Positions 41,114 through 50,346 of a DNA stretch of 64,000 nucleotides are shown here, in pieces (the first letter of the stretch is position 1; the number at the start of each line of letters is the position of its first letter). Below the pieces are notes generated by a model. It did no database searches. It had not been told where the DNA came from and worked only from the letters and a program-made list of their open reading frames with translations. Location: assembly GCF_011045215.1 (NCBI RefSeq), contig NZ_CP049201.1. One strand, given 5' to 3'. This stretch comes from Escherichia coli. Lineage in GTDB: Bacteria > Pseudomonadota > Gammaproteobacteria > Enterobacterales > Enterobacteriaceae. The position numbers and the translations under genes are program-made.

Positions 41114-41148
41114 ATTACAGCAGCCCCTCACCAAAGGGCTGCTGTAAT
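41114..41148. other. Perfect 13-bp inverted repeat (ATTACAGCAGCCC / GGGCTGCTGTAAT), 9-nt loop
   Basis: Read directly; no U-run on either strand, so not a canonical terminator. Confidence 0.5.
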
Positions 41149-41226
41149 GCCTGCTGTTACTCACAAATCAGACCATCATGATCACCGCTCATCCCTGGAC
41201 TGTTCCCGCAGTCGGAGTTTTGTTTT

Positions 41227-41586
41227 TCATTTACTGGTATGAGTTCTGCATCGGGCTATTTCATTCCGGGCCTTACTGTCACCGCGACAGATACAACGCA
41301 CCGTGTCTCCGGTCAGCGTGGTAATGTAAGCCTCATCCTCTTTTTCTACCGAAATACATGGAATATCCCAGCCCCGGCAATACTCAATTTTTGCTGCCAA
41401 GTGAGTGTCACGCGGATAGAACTCCAGACGATACATATCCCCCAGGACATGCACTTCCTCAACCTGACGGCCATCTTTAGTTACCGTTATTTTTTTCAGT
41501 GCGTACATACGTACCTCCGTTCTTTCGTTTTTTGAGTAATAAAAAAGGCCGCCACAGCGACCTTTGCCAGTACGTTTACAAACCAA
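41227..41586 (-). CDS. Hypothetical Cys-containing protein downstream of endolysin
   Basis: 119-aa track ORF (internal start MYALKKITV... possible); no Rz-like features. Confidence 0.35.
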   Translation of the reverse strand: MVCKRTGKGRCGGLFYYSKNERTEVRMYALKKITVTKDGRQVEEVHVLGDMYRLEFYPRDTHLAAKIEYCRGWDIPCISVEKEDEAYITTLTGDTVRCICRGDSKARNEIARCRTHTSK

Positions 41587-42121
41587 CGCGCGCTTTCATC
41601 CAGCCATAGACAAACGACTCATTGGCCTCGCGTTTCTCTGCCAGCTCCAGATAACGCTCGCCCTGCGTACAGTTCAGGGCTTTCACCAGTACCAGTTCAC
41701 CATCCCTGCTGCGATTTTTCAGATATGCCCGTAACGCATTAAGAGTACGCGGCCCGATGCGTCCATCTGCATCCATATCCGGATAGAGTTTCCCGCGCAG
41801 GTTGAAAACGTTCAGCCAGCGTTGAAGCATTCTGGACGCCACAGTTGGCCCCATGTTCACGCCCGTATCGCACAACTCTGAGGCAATATCCGGAGACAGG
41901 TTCGCAACCAGGTCGAATCGTGGTCCGTACCAGTAGTCCGCCTCGAGTATTTCCAGCGCCTGCTCACGCGTCAGGTCACGCATATCGCCATGATAACCGT
42001 GTGCGCGGGCAACTTTTTCAGTAATGCCCCATCTGGTCGGTCCACCTTTATCATCCGGATGATTGATGTAACCGCCCTCTTTTCCCAGAATTTCGTCAAA
42101 AATTTCATCTTTCGACTTCAT
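41576..42121 (-). CDS. Endolysin, GH108-type muramidase with peptidoglycan-binding domain
   Basis: Track ORF starts at TTG; ATG at 42121 gives MKSKDEIFDEILGKEGGYINHPDDKGGPTRWGIT..., characteristic GH108 N-terminus. Confidence 0.85.
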   Translation of the reverse strand: MKSKDEIFDEILGKEGGYINHPDDKGGPTRWGITEKVARAHGYHGDMRDLTREQALEILEADYWYGPRFDLVANLSPDIASELCDTGVNMGPTVASRMLQRWLNVFNLRGKLYPDMDADGRIGPRTLNALRAYLKNRSRDGELVLVKALNCTQGERYLELAEKREANESFVYGWMKARVGL

Positions 42122-42122
42122 A

Positions 42123-42413
42123 TCAGCGCCTTCGTAATACAAGGATTTTTGATACGTTCCCGCGTGCTCGTATCACCAGCACGCAGAACACCAGGTTAAT
42201 CAGGACGACCAGCCAGTTACCGGGTGGAAAGCGACCACACAGATAACAAAGCGGCGCAAAGGCATAAAGCAGCATCAGCAGCCAGGCCAGCCACGACATC
42301 AGCGGTTTATGTCTCGACTCACCACGACGATAAAAAAAGAGCGTCAGCACGATAACCGTGCTTAACACCACATTCAGTAATCCGGGAAGGTTACTTAACA
42401 TTACCGCCTCCAC
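42123..42413 (-). CDS. Putative lysis membrane protein (second holin/antiholin-like)
   Basis: 96-aa hydrophobic ORF between holin and endolysin. Confidence 0.4.
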   Translation of the reverse strand: MEAVMLSNLPGLLNVVLSTVIVLTLFFYRRGESRHKPLMSWLAWLLMLLYAFAPLCYLCGRFPPGNWLVVLINLVFCVLVIRARGNVSKILVLRRR

Positions 42414-42780
42414 CCCGCAGACGGGAGAACAGCCCGGATACCAGCGATGCGATATCCTGCTGGTGGATGAATGAGAGAATCTTCACTGACACCACCGATA
42501 CCAGTACCGCACAAAGCGCGTCGAGAGATGTGCTGTGGAGATTCAGTTTTTCAACCAGGTAAGACGCCATCACATCCGCCCCCAGCACGCCAACAATGAA
42601 CGACACCAGAAAATGCGCTGCCACACGCCAGACAGAAATCTTCTGTGGTATCGTGGCCACAAACAGCGCCCCTGCGAATGCACCAAACACAATCCCGAAA
42701 TCCGTTCCGGTAAACAGCCCGAATACCGTCGCCCCGCCGAGCGCCGCAGCCGTGCCGGAACCGGATAAGGGTTCAGACAT
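42391..42780 (-). CDS. Holin
   Basis: Track ORF 42391..42906; ATG at 42780 with GGAGA upstream gives MSEPLSGSGTAAALGG... with ~3 TM segments; first gene of lysis cassette. Confidence 0.6.
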   Translation of the reverse strand: MSEPLSGSGTAAALGGATVFGLFTGTDFGIVFGAFAGALFVATIPQKISVWRVAAHFLVSFIVGVLGADVMASYLVEKLNLHSTSLDALCAVLVSVVSVKILSFIHQQDIASLVSGLFSRLRGGGGNVK

Positions 42781-42796
42781 ACTTTTTCTCCTGTCA

Positions 42797-42820
42797 ATAA
42801 AAAAGGGCCTCTGTCGGCCC
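42797..42820 (-). terminator. Rho-independent terminator ~15 nt upstream of the holin RBS
   Basis: Minus strand: GGGCC-GACAGA-GGCCC followed by UUUUAUU. Confidence 0.6.
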
Positions 42821-43277
42821 GTAAAAAAACACCCCGTCAAAGGCACCCGCAGATACCTTTTGTGTGGTGTTATCTGGTGTTTTCTGGTGTGGTGTGTGCA
42901 GGACACAGATGTGAAAAAGGTCCGCTGGTACGAACCCTGTATATGGATAAAAAAATGCCCGTCAGGAGACGGGCCAGAGCATTCATCGTGTAGTAATAGA
43001 ATTATATTTATATATGGTCGCCACCAGAATGAGTCGTCAACCTACAAAGCCATCCTGGCTTACTGTACGTGTGCGCATGGAACAGGTAACGACTCATTCT
43101 GCTAACGACGTTTACAAGTAATAATCACATACCATTATGTAATACAAAAAAAAGCAGCACTGAAACTGTAACCGTTCAGATATTACAGCATGAAGAAAAA
43201 CAATAGTACCTACAAAGCTGTTCTCCGCGAAAATTCGCCAGTGCTGATAAAGCTATGCCTCGTTTGTTTTACAGGAG

Positions 43278-43349
<72 letters not shown>

Positions 43350-43352
43350 ATA

Positions 43353-43428
<76 letters not shown>

Positions 43429-43430
43429 GT

Positions 43431-43490
43431 TGGTTCCTCGGGAGTGAGATGAGATGCCCCGATACATAATGTATCATTCCCTCGGAACCA
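43431..43490 (-). other. Structured ~60-nt element (compound hairpin) just upstream of tRNA-Thr
   Basis: Outer stem GGTTCC...GGAACC plus inner hairpin GATACAT-A-ATGTATC; not a complete cloverleaf. Confidence 0.35.
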
Positions 43491-44038
43491 CAAAAATAAT
43501 ACTAATAAATAATCAGGATGCAATATTTACCAACTATGTAATTGTAAATTTGTTTGAATAAAAAAATTACTAAACACGCCATACCCCCCTAAAAAGGGGG
43601 TCGTAATAATATAAGTGATACTAAACATCACATTACTAAATACATTGTATTAAGCTGGCGACCCGATGCGTAATCCCTTGATATTAAAAACTCCAAACAA
43701 AATCAGAATGCCATCTAAATACACAAAAAGCTGGCTTCACACCACCCTGTATGTGAACGCAGAACTCATCACCCCACGCGCTTTCGCAGCCAGTACACAA
43801 CCTGTGTCAAACGCTGGCAGATGAACAATGAAACTGCCAGCACGGTCACCTATCTTAGTTCGCGTCTCGCATTCTGCTTGATAATAAGTTTCCCGTTCTT
43901 CTCTTATTGTGCATTTCTCAGTTTATCTGTCAGTAGCATTTTGACATACCAATAATTCCTGTCGAGAAAATCAGTGAGCTAAAAAACCGTATTCACAGCC
44001 TCGGGCACGTTTAACGTACCGCACCACTTTTCGGGCGT

Positions 44039-44064
44039 AAAAAAACCCGCATTAAGCGGGTTTT
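44039..44064 (-). terminator. Rho-independent terminator ~80 nt downstream of Q (candidate tR-prime)
   Basis: Minus strand: CCCGC-UUAAU-GCGGG followed by U7. Confidence 0.65.
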
Positions 44065-44144
44065 CAGGTGTCCATGTCTGCTATACGCCTCGTGATACAG
44101 CTTTACGAAGCGTACCAAAATTGAAGCAGTTTGTACGTAAAAAA

Positions 44145-44600
44145 TCAAGCCATTTTTTGAGCAAATGATTCTCGCATGGGAATGTATAGCGCATACTCAG
44201 CAACAGCCAACCAATTAGCAATTCGCTTTTCGCATGTGCTAAAACACCACTCTGGGTGTGCATCATTTAGCAATTCAGCCATTTTTCGCTTAGTCATCCC
44301 CCGCCCCTCATAGCGTTGCCGGAGAATACAAATCAATCCCGGATGATCCGCCATAACTTCGCCAATAACTCTGTCGATTATTAATGCCTCTGAATCGGCA
44401 CAATGTGCCAGCCAGCTCTTTTGCTTGCCGTTAATCATATCCCGCAAAAAAGCCTCAAGTTCAGGCTTGTCCAGACCTGCTTTTTTCATCCTCCGGAGCG
44501 CCTCGTTAATTGCCGTTTTTGTCAGCTTTTTAGAGGTCAACATCTGGTTAAACATATTCCCTGTCTTACCGCCACCAATATACGACCAGCGCCCCCACAT
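44145..44600 (-). CDS. Putative late-gene antiterminator Q
   Basis: Track ORF 44145..44807; ATG at 44600 avoids overlap with upstream gene; call rests on position (after nin-type genes, before terminator/tRNAs/lysis) and weak family resemblance. Confidence 0.45.
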   Translation of the reverse strand: MWGRWSYIGGGKTGNMFNQMLTSKKLTKTAINEALRRMKKAGLDKPELEAFLRDMINGKQKSWLAHCADSEALIIDRVIGEVMADHPGLICILRQRYEGRGMTKRKMAELLNDAHPEWCFSTCEKRIANWLAVAEYALYIPMRESFAQKMA

Positions 44601-44683
44601 ACGCAGTTTTCCCTGAATCCAGACACTTTCCAGCGTAGTGAGACGAAGGTGTTCTCCGCTTTTTCCTGTATTCGTTGGGTAAA

Positions 44684-44974
44684 TCACAAATATCCCTCCT
44701 TTCTCCAGATTTCTTGTGTGCGAAAAACACCTTCTGCATGCATCAGGCGCAATTCTTCTTTGGTGTAATCGATGGTTTTTACTCTCCCGTCGATTAAATC
44801 GTGGCACGAGCTACAGGCAATCGCCGCCTGCATATCGTGTGGTTTTGTCGCTGTTCCACACGTCCCCGCCAGCCTGTAATGTGCCAGCACAGACGTTCCG
44901 GGATTGTGATTGCAGTAGCCAGGAATTCTGACCTGGCACATCTGGCCCCGCGCCGCTTTACGCAAATTCACCAT
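44684..44974 (-). CDS. YbcO-like (DUF1364) Cys-rich nin-region protein
   Basis: 96-aa ORF with Cys/His pattern (CNHNPG...CSSCHDLIDG) as in DLP12 ybcO-type proteins. Confidence 0.5.
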   Translation of the reverse strand: MVNLRKAARGQMCQVRIPGYCNHNPGTSVLAHYRLAGTCGTATKPHDMQAAIACSSCHDLIDGRVKTIDYTKEELRLMHAEGVFRTQEIWRKEGYL

Positions 44975-45585
44975 TACGCAAACTCCAGCAGCTGCGCGGC
45001 CACATTTTCGACTTGTTCCGGAGAGGAAAATTTACGGAACAGGATCCAGTTCCACAGCACATTCAGTACAGATTTATAAACCTGCTGAAACTCGGTTTCG
45101 TCCATATTCGCAAACGCGATTGATTTCGCCCTGCGCCCACGGCTACCATCCGGATAAAAATGCTCGGTGTAAAATCCGGCCTGAATGATTACCCACTCGC
45201 GGAAAGCGTCAAATGACTTAAGCAATGCCGTATCCCGGGTTCTGCGTGTCGCAACTGTATTCAGATATTGCTCTGCGGCTTCGCTCAGAGCTGGCGTATG
45301 TTCCCGGCCTACTGATTCACACAGGTAATCAACGAATCCTGATACCATTTCTCGTTCTCGAGGTGTGATCGCCCCACCGATCGGAGTCCAGTAATCGAAT
45401 CCCAGTTGCAGGAGTTTGAAAAAACGCTTGTGGAATGCGTAGTTACGCACACGCTTAAAGTCTGCGTGTATCCACTCACCTATTTTGATTTGATACAGAA
45501 AATCGCAACTCTCCGGCGTCGCCGGGAGAAGTAATCCGGAAGAGGTTTGTTTGACCAGTTGTATATGCGCCATTGCTTTCTCCAA
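44974..45585 (-). CDS. Hypothetical nin-region protein
   Basis: 203-aa ORF, stop/start overlap with the ybcO-like gene. Confidence 0.45.
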   Translation of the reverse strand: MEKAMAHIQLVKQTSSGLLLPATPESCDFLYQIKIGEWIHADFKRVRNYAFHKRFFKLLQLGFDYWTPIGGAITPREREMVSGFVDYLCESVGREHTPALSEAAEQYLNTVATRRTRDTALLKSFDAFREWVIIQAGFYTEHFYPDGSRGRRAKSIAFANMDETEFQQVYKSVLNVLWNWILFRKFSSPEQVENVAAQLLEFA

Positions 45586-45632
45586 TAGCGCTGTAGGTTG
45601 CCAGGTGTTCAGGCTGGCTTACGAATTATAAC

Positions 45633-45875
45633 TCATTCCCAAACTACCTTGAAACCGAGCCTTTCCAGGTATTCAATGAATGCCTCGATAGATAAAATTA
45701 CATGATCATCAGGAATTAACGTTGCGTAGATAACTTCCCCATTCTCAACGCGCACAGCATAGAGGCCATTTTCACTAAAAATTTCACGCAATTCTTCGAT
45801 TTTCATCAGCAGAATCCTTCTGGATAAATAACTTTCCCCTGTTTGGGGGCCATCCCTCTTCTCCCTGCGCGCCAA
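45633..45875 (-). CDS. Hypothetical small protein
   Basis: 80-aa track ORF (internal start MKIEELREIF... possible). Confidence 0.3.
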   Translation of the reverse strand: MARREKRDGPQTGESYLSRRILLMKIEELREIFSENGLYAVRVENGEVIYATLIPDDHVILSIEAFIEYLERLGFKVVWE

Positions 45876-45965
45876 TCAAGTAATGAGATTCTATTTCCCC
45901 CGTAATTAGCCTCAAGAACAACAAATCACAAAAACACAAAAAGCCTGTTTGATTAAAAATAATCG

Positions 45966-45996
45966 TAACAAAAAACCCGTCGAAGCGGGTTAAGTA
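45966..45996 (-). terminator. Rho-independent terminator downstream of the hok-like gene
   Basis: Minus strand: AACCCGC-UUCGA-CGGGUU followed by UUUUUUGUU. Confidence 0.6.
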
Positions 45997-46059
45997 CGGG
46001 GGCGTTGAAGATGCCTGACACATCAGAGGTGGCGGGAGATTTCTCTCCCGCCAGGTCTC

Positions 46060-46197
46060 TTACTCCTCAGGTTCGTAAGCTGTAAAGACAGCGACCTCCG
46101 TCTGACCGATTCGGATTTGTACCTCACAGAGGTCTTTCCTCGTTACCAGTGTCGTCACTATGACGGTTAAACAGATGACGATCAGGACGATTAACAT
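46060..46197 (-). CDS. Hok/Gef-family type I toxin (HokD/RelF-like)
   Basis: Not in ORF track (<60 aa). Minus strand encodes MLIVLIVICLTVIVTTLVTRKDLCEVQIRIGQTEVAVFTAYEPEE*, closely matching HokD/RelF; in-frame GTG just upstream; 3' palindrome GGCGGGAGA...TCTCCCGCC after the stop. Confidence 0.75.
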   Translation of the reverse strand: MLIVLIVICLTVIVTTLVTRKDLCEVQIRIGQTEVAVFTAYEPEE

Positions 46198-46283
46198 CAC
46201 CTTTTGCTACTTTATAGCCTGCTATGCCTTTCATGCATTCTTGGCTATACTAACCTTATACCTACAACACGAGAGACGCAGAA

Positions 46284-46454
46284 ATGACCGTTCATGGCAT
46301 ATCAACAGGCAGTATCGTTCACTTACGTGAAAAAGATGGAGAATGGCTCGTAGTGCACATTCTTAATGACGACATTGTATATGTCCTCAAAAATGCAGAT
46401 TCAGGTGAAGAAATAAAAGTCACTCTTCAAGACATCAATACACCCAATAAATAA
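46284..46454 (+). CDS. Hypothetical small protein (56 aa)
   Basis: ATG...TAA ORF MTVHGISTGSIVHLREKDGEWLVVHILNDDIVYVLKNADSGEEIKVTLQDINTPNK; below track cutoff; weak RBS. Confidence 0.3.
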   Translation: MTVHGISTGSIVHLREKDGEWLVVHILNDDIVYVLKNADSGEEIKVTLQDINTPNK

Positions 46455-46654
46455 TCCCTCCACAATCCCACGGGGGGTATTGTTCTTCTTATCATCACAA
46501 CCGCATCACACCACCAATTGCTCATTGCAGACAACACCCCAGCCATGCTACTCCTAAACGGTTTTATAGTGCTATAGCCCCGGATGTCTGTTGTCGTCAA
46601 CAGACATAACAAGCTAAAATAACAACACTCCCCAACAACGAAGGACTTAATACC

Positions 46655-46942
46655 ATGGCTCAGGTCTATTTTGATACTCTGAAATTCGTTGAAACCCTAG
46701 AAGCCGCCGGAATGCCTGCAGCACAAGCTCGCGCCATATCTGCTGCAGTAAAGGATTCTCACGAAGCGGCAGAAGTCGCTACAAAGCGCGACCTGAACGA
46801 TGTTAAAACTGAACTAAAAAATGACATTGCTGCCATTGATGCAAAAATTGATAAACTCACCCTGCAACTGACTGTCAGATTTGGCGGGATGCTCGTCGTT
46901 GCTGTTGGCGCACTGGCAGCCATCATGAAGCTACCTCTTTAA
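46655..46942 (+). CDS. DUF1640-like coiled-coil protein with C-terminal membrane anchor
   Basis: 95-aa ORF followed by terminator CCAGCCC-TAAT-GGGCTGG-TTTTG at 46950-46972. Confidence 0.5.
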   Translation: MAQVYFDTLKFVETLEAAGMPAAQARAISAAVKDSHEAAEVATKRDLNDVKTELKNDIAAIDAKIDKLTLQLTVRFGGMLVVAVGALAAIMKLPL

Positions 46943-47050
46943 AAAACCAGCCCTAATGGGCTGGCTTTTGTTATCCCCAGCAGAAAATCGAATACACCAC
47001 CAGCGCCACCGCCATCGCAATTCCTGCCGTTGTGAATGCTTCAGGCCAGG

Positions 47051-47413
47051 TCATCGTAAAACATCCTCCACGCTTGTCAGTCCGTTTCGCTCCAGGTAGT
47101 CCATCGCCTTATCCGGCAATTTGCAGTCCGGCTTCGCTTTCCTCAGTTGCCAGGCTAACTGCTTTACCTGCATAGTTAACTCGTCGACCAGACGCTGATA
47201 CCCCACTGGTTTGTATTCATAAAATTTACCAACTGGCGCTGCTGCCAGCGATTGCAGTGCAATTTCCAGAACAGCAATATCCATCTTATATGCGCGAATG
47301 AGGTCATGGTCGATTGTGCCTGGTATGCACAGTCTCTGTGATTCAATAGCCTCCTCTGCGTGGGCTATTAACTGCTCTTTGGTAAACCGTTCTTCTTTGG
47401 TCAAAGTCGCCAT
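47051..47413 (-). CDS. Hypothetical nin-region protein
   Basis: 120-aa ORF, start abuts stop of upstream gene. Confidence 0.4.
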   Translation of the reverse strand: MATLTKEERFTKEQLIAHAEEAIESQRLCIPGTIDHDLIRAYKMDIAVLEIALQSLAAAPVGKFYEYKPVGYQRLVDELTMQVKQLAWQLRKAKPDCKLPDKAMDYLERNGLTSVEDVLR

Positions 47414-47668
47414 TTACTCTTCCACTTCGTCTTTTATTTCGTAAATTGAGTAATTGCAGTGATTAAAGAAAACATCAATTGCCTCGTTTTCTATTTCCTC
47501 AGGAGTCGCATCATCATCCACTTCAAATACATCTTCACGCACGTTACCAACAATCCTCGTTTCGATAACTATTTTGAATTTTCGCATTGTCTTACCGCCC
47601 TTTCGGGCGGCCTCCTGATGTTTTGAGGGTGCAGAAATCCCTCCGGTTAAGGATTTAATAAAAATCAC
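47414..47668 (-). CDS. Hypothetical protein
   Basis: 84-aa track ORF; internal start MRKFKIVIET... likely. Confidence 0.35.
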   Translation of the reverse strand: MIFIKSLTGGISAPSKHQEAARKGGKTMRKFKIVIETRIVGNVREDVFEVDDDATPEEIENEAIDVFFNHCNYSIYEIKDEVEE

Positions 47669-47713
47669 TTCTGATTTAAATTTCAGTGTCTTATTGTCAG
47701 TTTGTTTATCGCT

Positions 47714-48052
47714 TTATGCCTGAACCTTATTTCTCATCCATACACAAACCGGGCCGTCTTCCGTGTCATGAATGGAGCCAATAAACCACCCATCACCCTC
47801 TGGTCGTTCCGGCTCCCATGCGGAAATATCAGGACCATCCGCATCCGGATTAAAATCATCTTCATCCATTGCGCGAATGGTCCACTGAAGATTATTCGCC
47901 TTCATCCAGGCATTAAATTCTTCCGTCGAAATATACTCCCGGCCATCACAAAATTTTTCATATTCAGGATGTATCCAGCAGCCATATGCATCACGTTCTA
48001 CCGGCATTTCTTTGATTTCGTTCATAACATTAACTCCATTAAAATAATGCAA
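47714..48052 (-). CDS. Hypothetical acidic protein
   Basis: 112-aa ORF. Confidence 0.4.
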   Translation of the reverse strand: MHYFNGVNVMNEIKEMPVERDAYGCWIHPEYEKFCDGREYISTEEFNAWMKANNLQWTIRAMDEDDFNPDADGPDISAWEPERPEGDGWFIGSIHDTEDGPVCVWMRNKVQA

Positions 48053-48221
48053 AACAAATTAACCACACCACTACAACCGATGCTATTAACACCCTGATTG
48101 CAAACAGTGGACTGATATGTCGAAAAGGATTTTCCCAGATAATAAAAGCCGCTGCCAGAAATGCACTGATCAGGAAAACAATAACAAACAGCTCAATTTT
48201 GATTATCCAGAACATATTCAC
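48039..48221 (-). CDS. Small membrane protein
   Basis: 60-aa hydrophobic ORF overlapping neighbours. Confidence 0.3.
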   Translation of the reverse strand: MNMFWIIKIELFVIVFLISAFLAAAFIIWENPFRHISPLFAIRVLIASVVVVWLICFALF

Positions 48222-48508
48222 TGCATCGCCTTCTGTAAAATAACCGCATGCCCCAGCTTCTCCGCCAGTGCCAGTTCTGCCCTAGCACCTGCCGACCGCT
48301 GCCAGTCTTTCAGCATGTAAATCGCATCCACGCAGCGAATCATTGCCATGCAAATATCCATGTAGTGCGGCTGCGTCAGTCCGTCCGGAAGTACTGCCGG
48401 ATTTAAGACTGTGTGCCCATCCCGTTTCAGTTCCTCTTCCGCCTTGTGGAACGCCTCACGGTTGAAATTTTCATAGCCCGTCATTGGACCGGCGATATAA
48501 ACCCTCAC
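48218..48508 (-). CDS. Nucleoside 2-deoxyribosyltransferase-like protein (DUF4406-type)
   Basis: 96 aa beginning [27 protein letters not shown]... (Rossmann-like YIAGPMTG). Confidence 0.5.
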   Translation of the reverse strand: MRVYIAGPMTGYENFNREAFHKAEEELKRDGHTVLNPAVLPDGLTQPHYMDICMAMIRCVDAIYMLKDWQRSAGARAELALAEKLGHAVILQKAMQ

Positions 48509-48909
48509 TCCAGAACCCTCCTGTTGAAATAAACGTAGTTATTCACTGTGCGCAACGGCATTCCGAATTTTCTGGCAATTTCTCTCCTGGACACGCCACG
48601 CTGATGCAACTGTCGCACCAGCTCAATATCGCTCTGCGGATATTTTGTTGACTGGTGATAATCACCACGCAACATCATGCCGATACCCAGTTCCCGTGCT
48701 TTCGCCCTGACCGCCGGCTCACTACGACCAATCAGACTGCCGATGCTGTCGACTGTCATCGTTCCCGCACACTGCCGGAGCACCATGATTTCAGCCCTGC
48801 ACCACTTCTTCCAGCCACTCACCGCTACCGTTCTCCGGTGGCGATAATCTGTCTGACAATATCCTTGTGCCTGTACAGTTCCCGCAGCGCCGCGCAGACT
48901 CGCTCCCAC
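48505..48909 (-). CDS. Hypothetical HTH DNA-binding protein
   Basis: C-terminal HTH-like segment ([22 protein letters not shown]); true start probably internal. Confidence 0.4.
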   Translation of the reverse strand: MGASLRGAAGTVQAQGYCQTDYRHRRTVAVSGWKKWCRAEIMVLRQCAGTMTVDSIGSLIGRSEPAVRAKARELGIGMMLRGDYHQSTKYPQSDIELVRQLHQRGVSRREIARKFGMPLRTVNNYVYFNRRVLE

Positions 48910-49571
48910 TTCCGGACATGATTTTTCGCCCGACGCAGTTCGCGGTTTGCCATATGCAGTGATGGTAAAACCAGGTCATCAGCTCGCGTTTCAGTAAACG
49001 ATGGCAGCGAATGCACAATGTCCGCCACAGTTTCTGTTTTAATATCTTCCTGTGTTGCAGCCTCCTGTACTGGTAACGCAACACATGCAGGTTGAGGAAA
49101 GGCTTTACCATCAGTTTCCGCTACCGATGCAGCTTTCGGCTCTGCTGGTAAATTATCGCCCGGCATGCAGTAACGAAATTTACCGTTCTGATTAACGCGA
49201 ATCAGACGACCTTTACTGATTGCCATTGCCAGCGTTGAAGCCACTTTGCGTGATGTGGTGCCGAAAAACGTAGCCAGTTCATCCGCCGTTTGTGGGCCAC
49301 GTTGTTCAATCGTCGCAGTTAAATCGCACTCCGAAATTTTCGCGACTGTTGCCGTGGCGGTTTCTTCCGGCAGTTCTGCCTGCTCTGGCTGTTCCTGCTG
49401 AACGTTGTTATCAGCCACACGCCAGGTGTATACGCTTTTATCAACGAAACCAGCCTTTTTCAGTTCCCACAGCTCGTTCAGTACCTCTTCACGACTGATA
49501 TCAAGTCGCGCAGCCAGTTCTACCGACGTGGCTTTTCCCATTGCTTTCAGTGCGTCAAAAACAGTCTCCAT
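48825..49571 (-). CDS. Hypothetical replication-region protein
   Basis: Track ORF 48825..49604; ATG at 49571 with GGGAGG upstream; directly downstream of the DnaC-like gene. Confidence 0.45.
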   Translation of the reverse strand: METVFDALKAMGKATSVELAARLDISREEVLNELWELKKAGFVDKSVYTWRVADNNVQQEQPEQAELPEETATATVAKISECDLTATIEQRGPQTADELATFFGTTSRKVASTLAMAISKGRLIRVNQNGKFRYCMPGDNLPAEPKAASVAETDGKAFPQPACVALPVQEAATQEDIKTETVADIVHSLPSFTETRADDLVLPSLHMANRELRRAKNHVRKWERVCAALRELYRHKDIVRQIIATGER

Positions 49572-49593
49572 TAAAATTTCCTCCCGGTAAAAA

Positions 49594-50340
49594 TCACTTC
49601 GCAATTCCTAGCTGGACGACATTCGGACGCCAGCTCTCCCAGTTAAAATTCACCCATCGCCCGCCGTTCATGGTCATGCGATCCATAATCCTCTCGCCGA
49701 GCAATGTTTTCATGGCCTCATAGTTCAGGTTTGTCAGCATCCCCACGCTGCGCATCGACGCTGTCCGGCGATCAACAATCTGGTGCAGCACCACCAGCTC
49801 GTTTTTTGTCTCGCGCTGAATGCCAATTTCATCAAGAACCAGCAGATCCACTTCGCACAGTTCCCGCAAAAATTTTTCGCCTGATTTCCCGTCGTCATAG
49901 CTGGCGTGTAGAGCACTCATGACATCAGCCACGGTAACCACAATCACTGTCTGGCCATCTTTCAGCAGGCGATTCCCGATTGCCGCCGCCAGATGGTTTT
50001 TTCCGGTACCAGGTTTTCCGCTGAACGCAAAATTTGTACACCCGGTCATCAGTTCATCAGCGATAGATTTCGCCTGGCTCAACGCGTATCGCTGGCCGTC
50101 GTTCTGCACCAGGTAATTCGCAAACGAGCATTTGCGGTGCAACAGCTGGATGCCGGAGCGATTCAGGATTTTTTCCACCCGCAACTGACGATTCTGACGG
50201 TTGATCTCCTCACAACGTTTCTGGCCTTCTACAAGTTGCCACTCGCGCCACTCCGCCACCGTCCTGAATGGCGCGGTTACATGTGACGGGGCCAGTCTGC
50301 GGATACGTTCCAGAACGCCGCCTGTCGCAATATTTTTCAT
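49594..50340 (-). CDS. DnaC-like helicase loader / replication protein (AAA+), Rac YdaV-like
   Basis: 248 aa; Walker [16 protein letters not shown], Walker B LLVLDEIG. Confidence 0.85.
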   Translation of the reverse strand: MKNIATGGVLERIRRLAPSHVTAPFRTVAEWREWQLVEGQKRCEEINRQNRQLRVEKILNRSGIQLLHRKCSFANYLVQNDGQRYALSQAKSIADELMTGCTNFAFSGKPGTGKNHLAAAIGNRLLKDGQTVIVVTVADVMSALHASYDDGKSGEKFLRELCEVDLLVLDEIGIQRETKNELVVLHQIVDRRTASMRSVGMLTNLNYEAMKTLLGERIMDRMTMNGGRWVNFNWESWRPNVVQLGIAK

Positions 50341-50346
50341 GGTCAG

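Noticed and set aside
41227-42121. Rz/Rz1-type spanin genes downstream of or embedded near the endolysin
   Set aside because: The 119-aa ORF after the endolysin lacks an N-terminal TM helix or coiled-coil; no embedded lipoprotein ORF recognised by eye. Spanins may still exist in a form I could not detect.
43583-43603. Hairpin ACCCCCC-TAAAAA-GGGGGT in the AT-rich late leader as a terminator
   Set aside because: No U-run follows on either strand; more likely part of the late promoter or Q-utilisation region, but I cannot assign it.
44145-44807. Full 220-aa track ORF as the Q protein
   Set aside because: Its N-terminal 69 codons overlap the upstream YbcO-like gene by 124 nt in another frame; an internal ATG at 44600 gives a non-overlapping 151-aa product. 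The Q assignment itself remains tentative.
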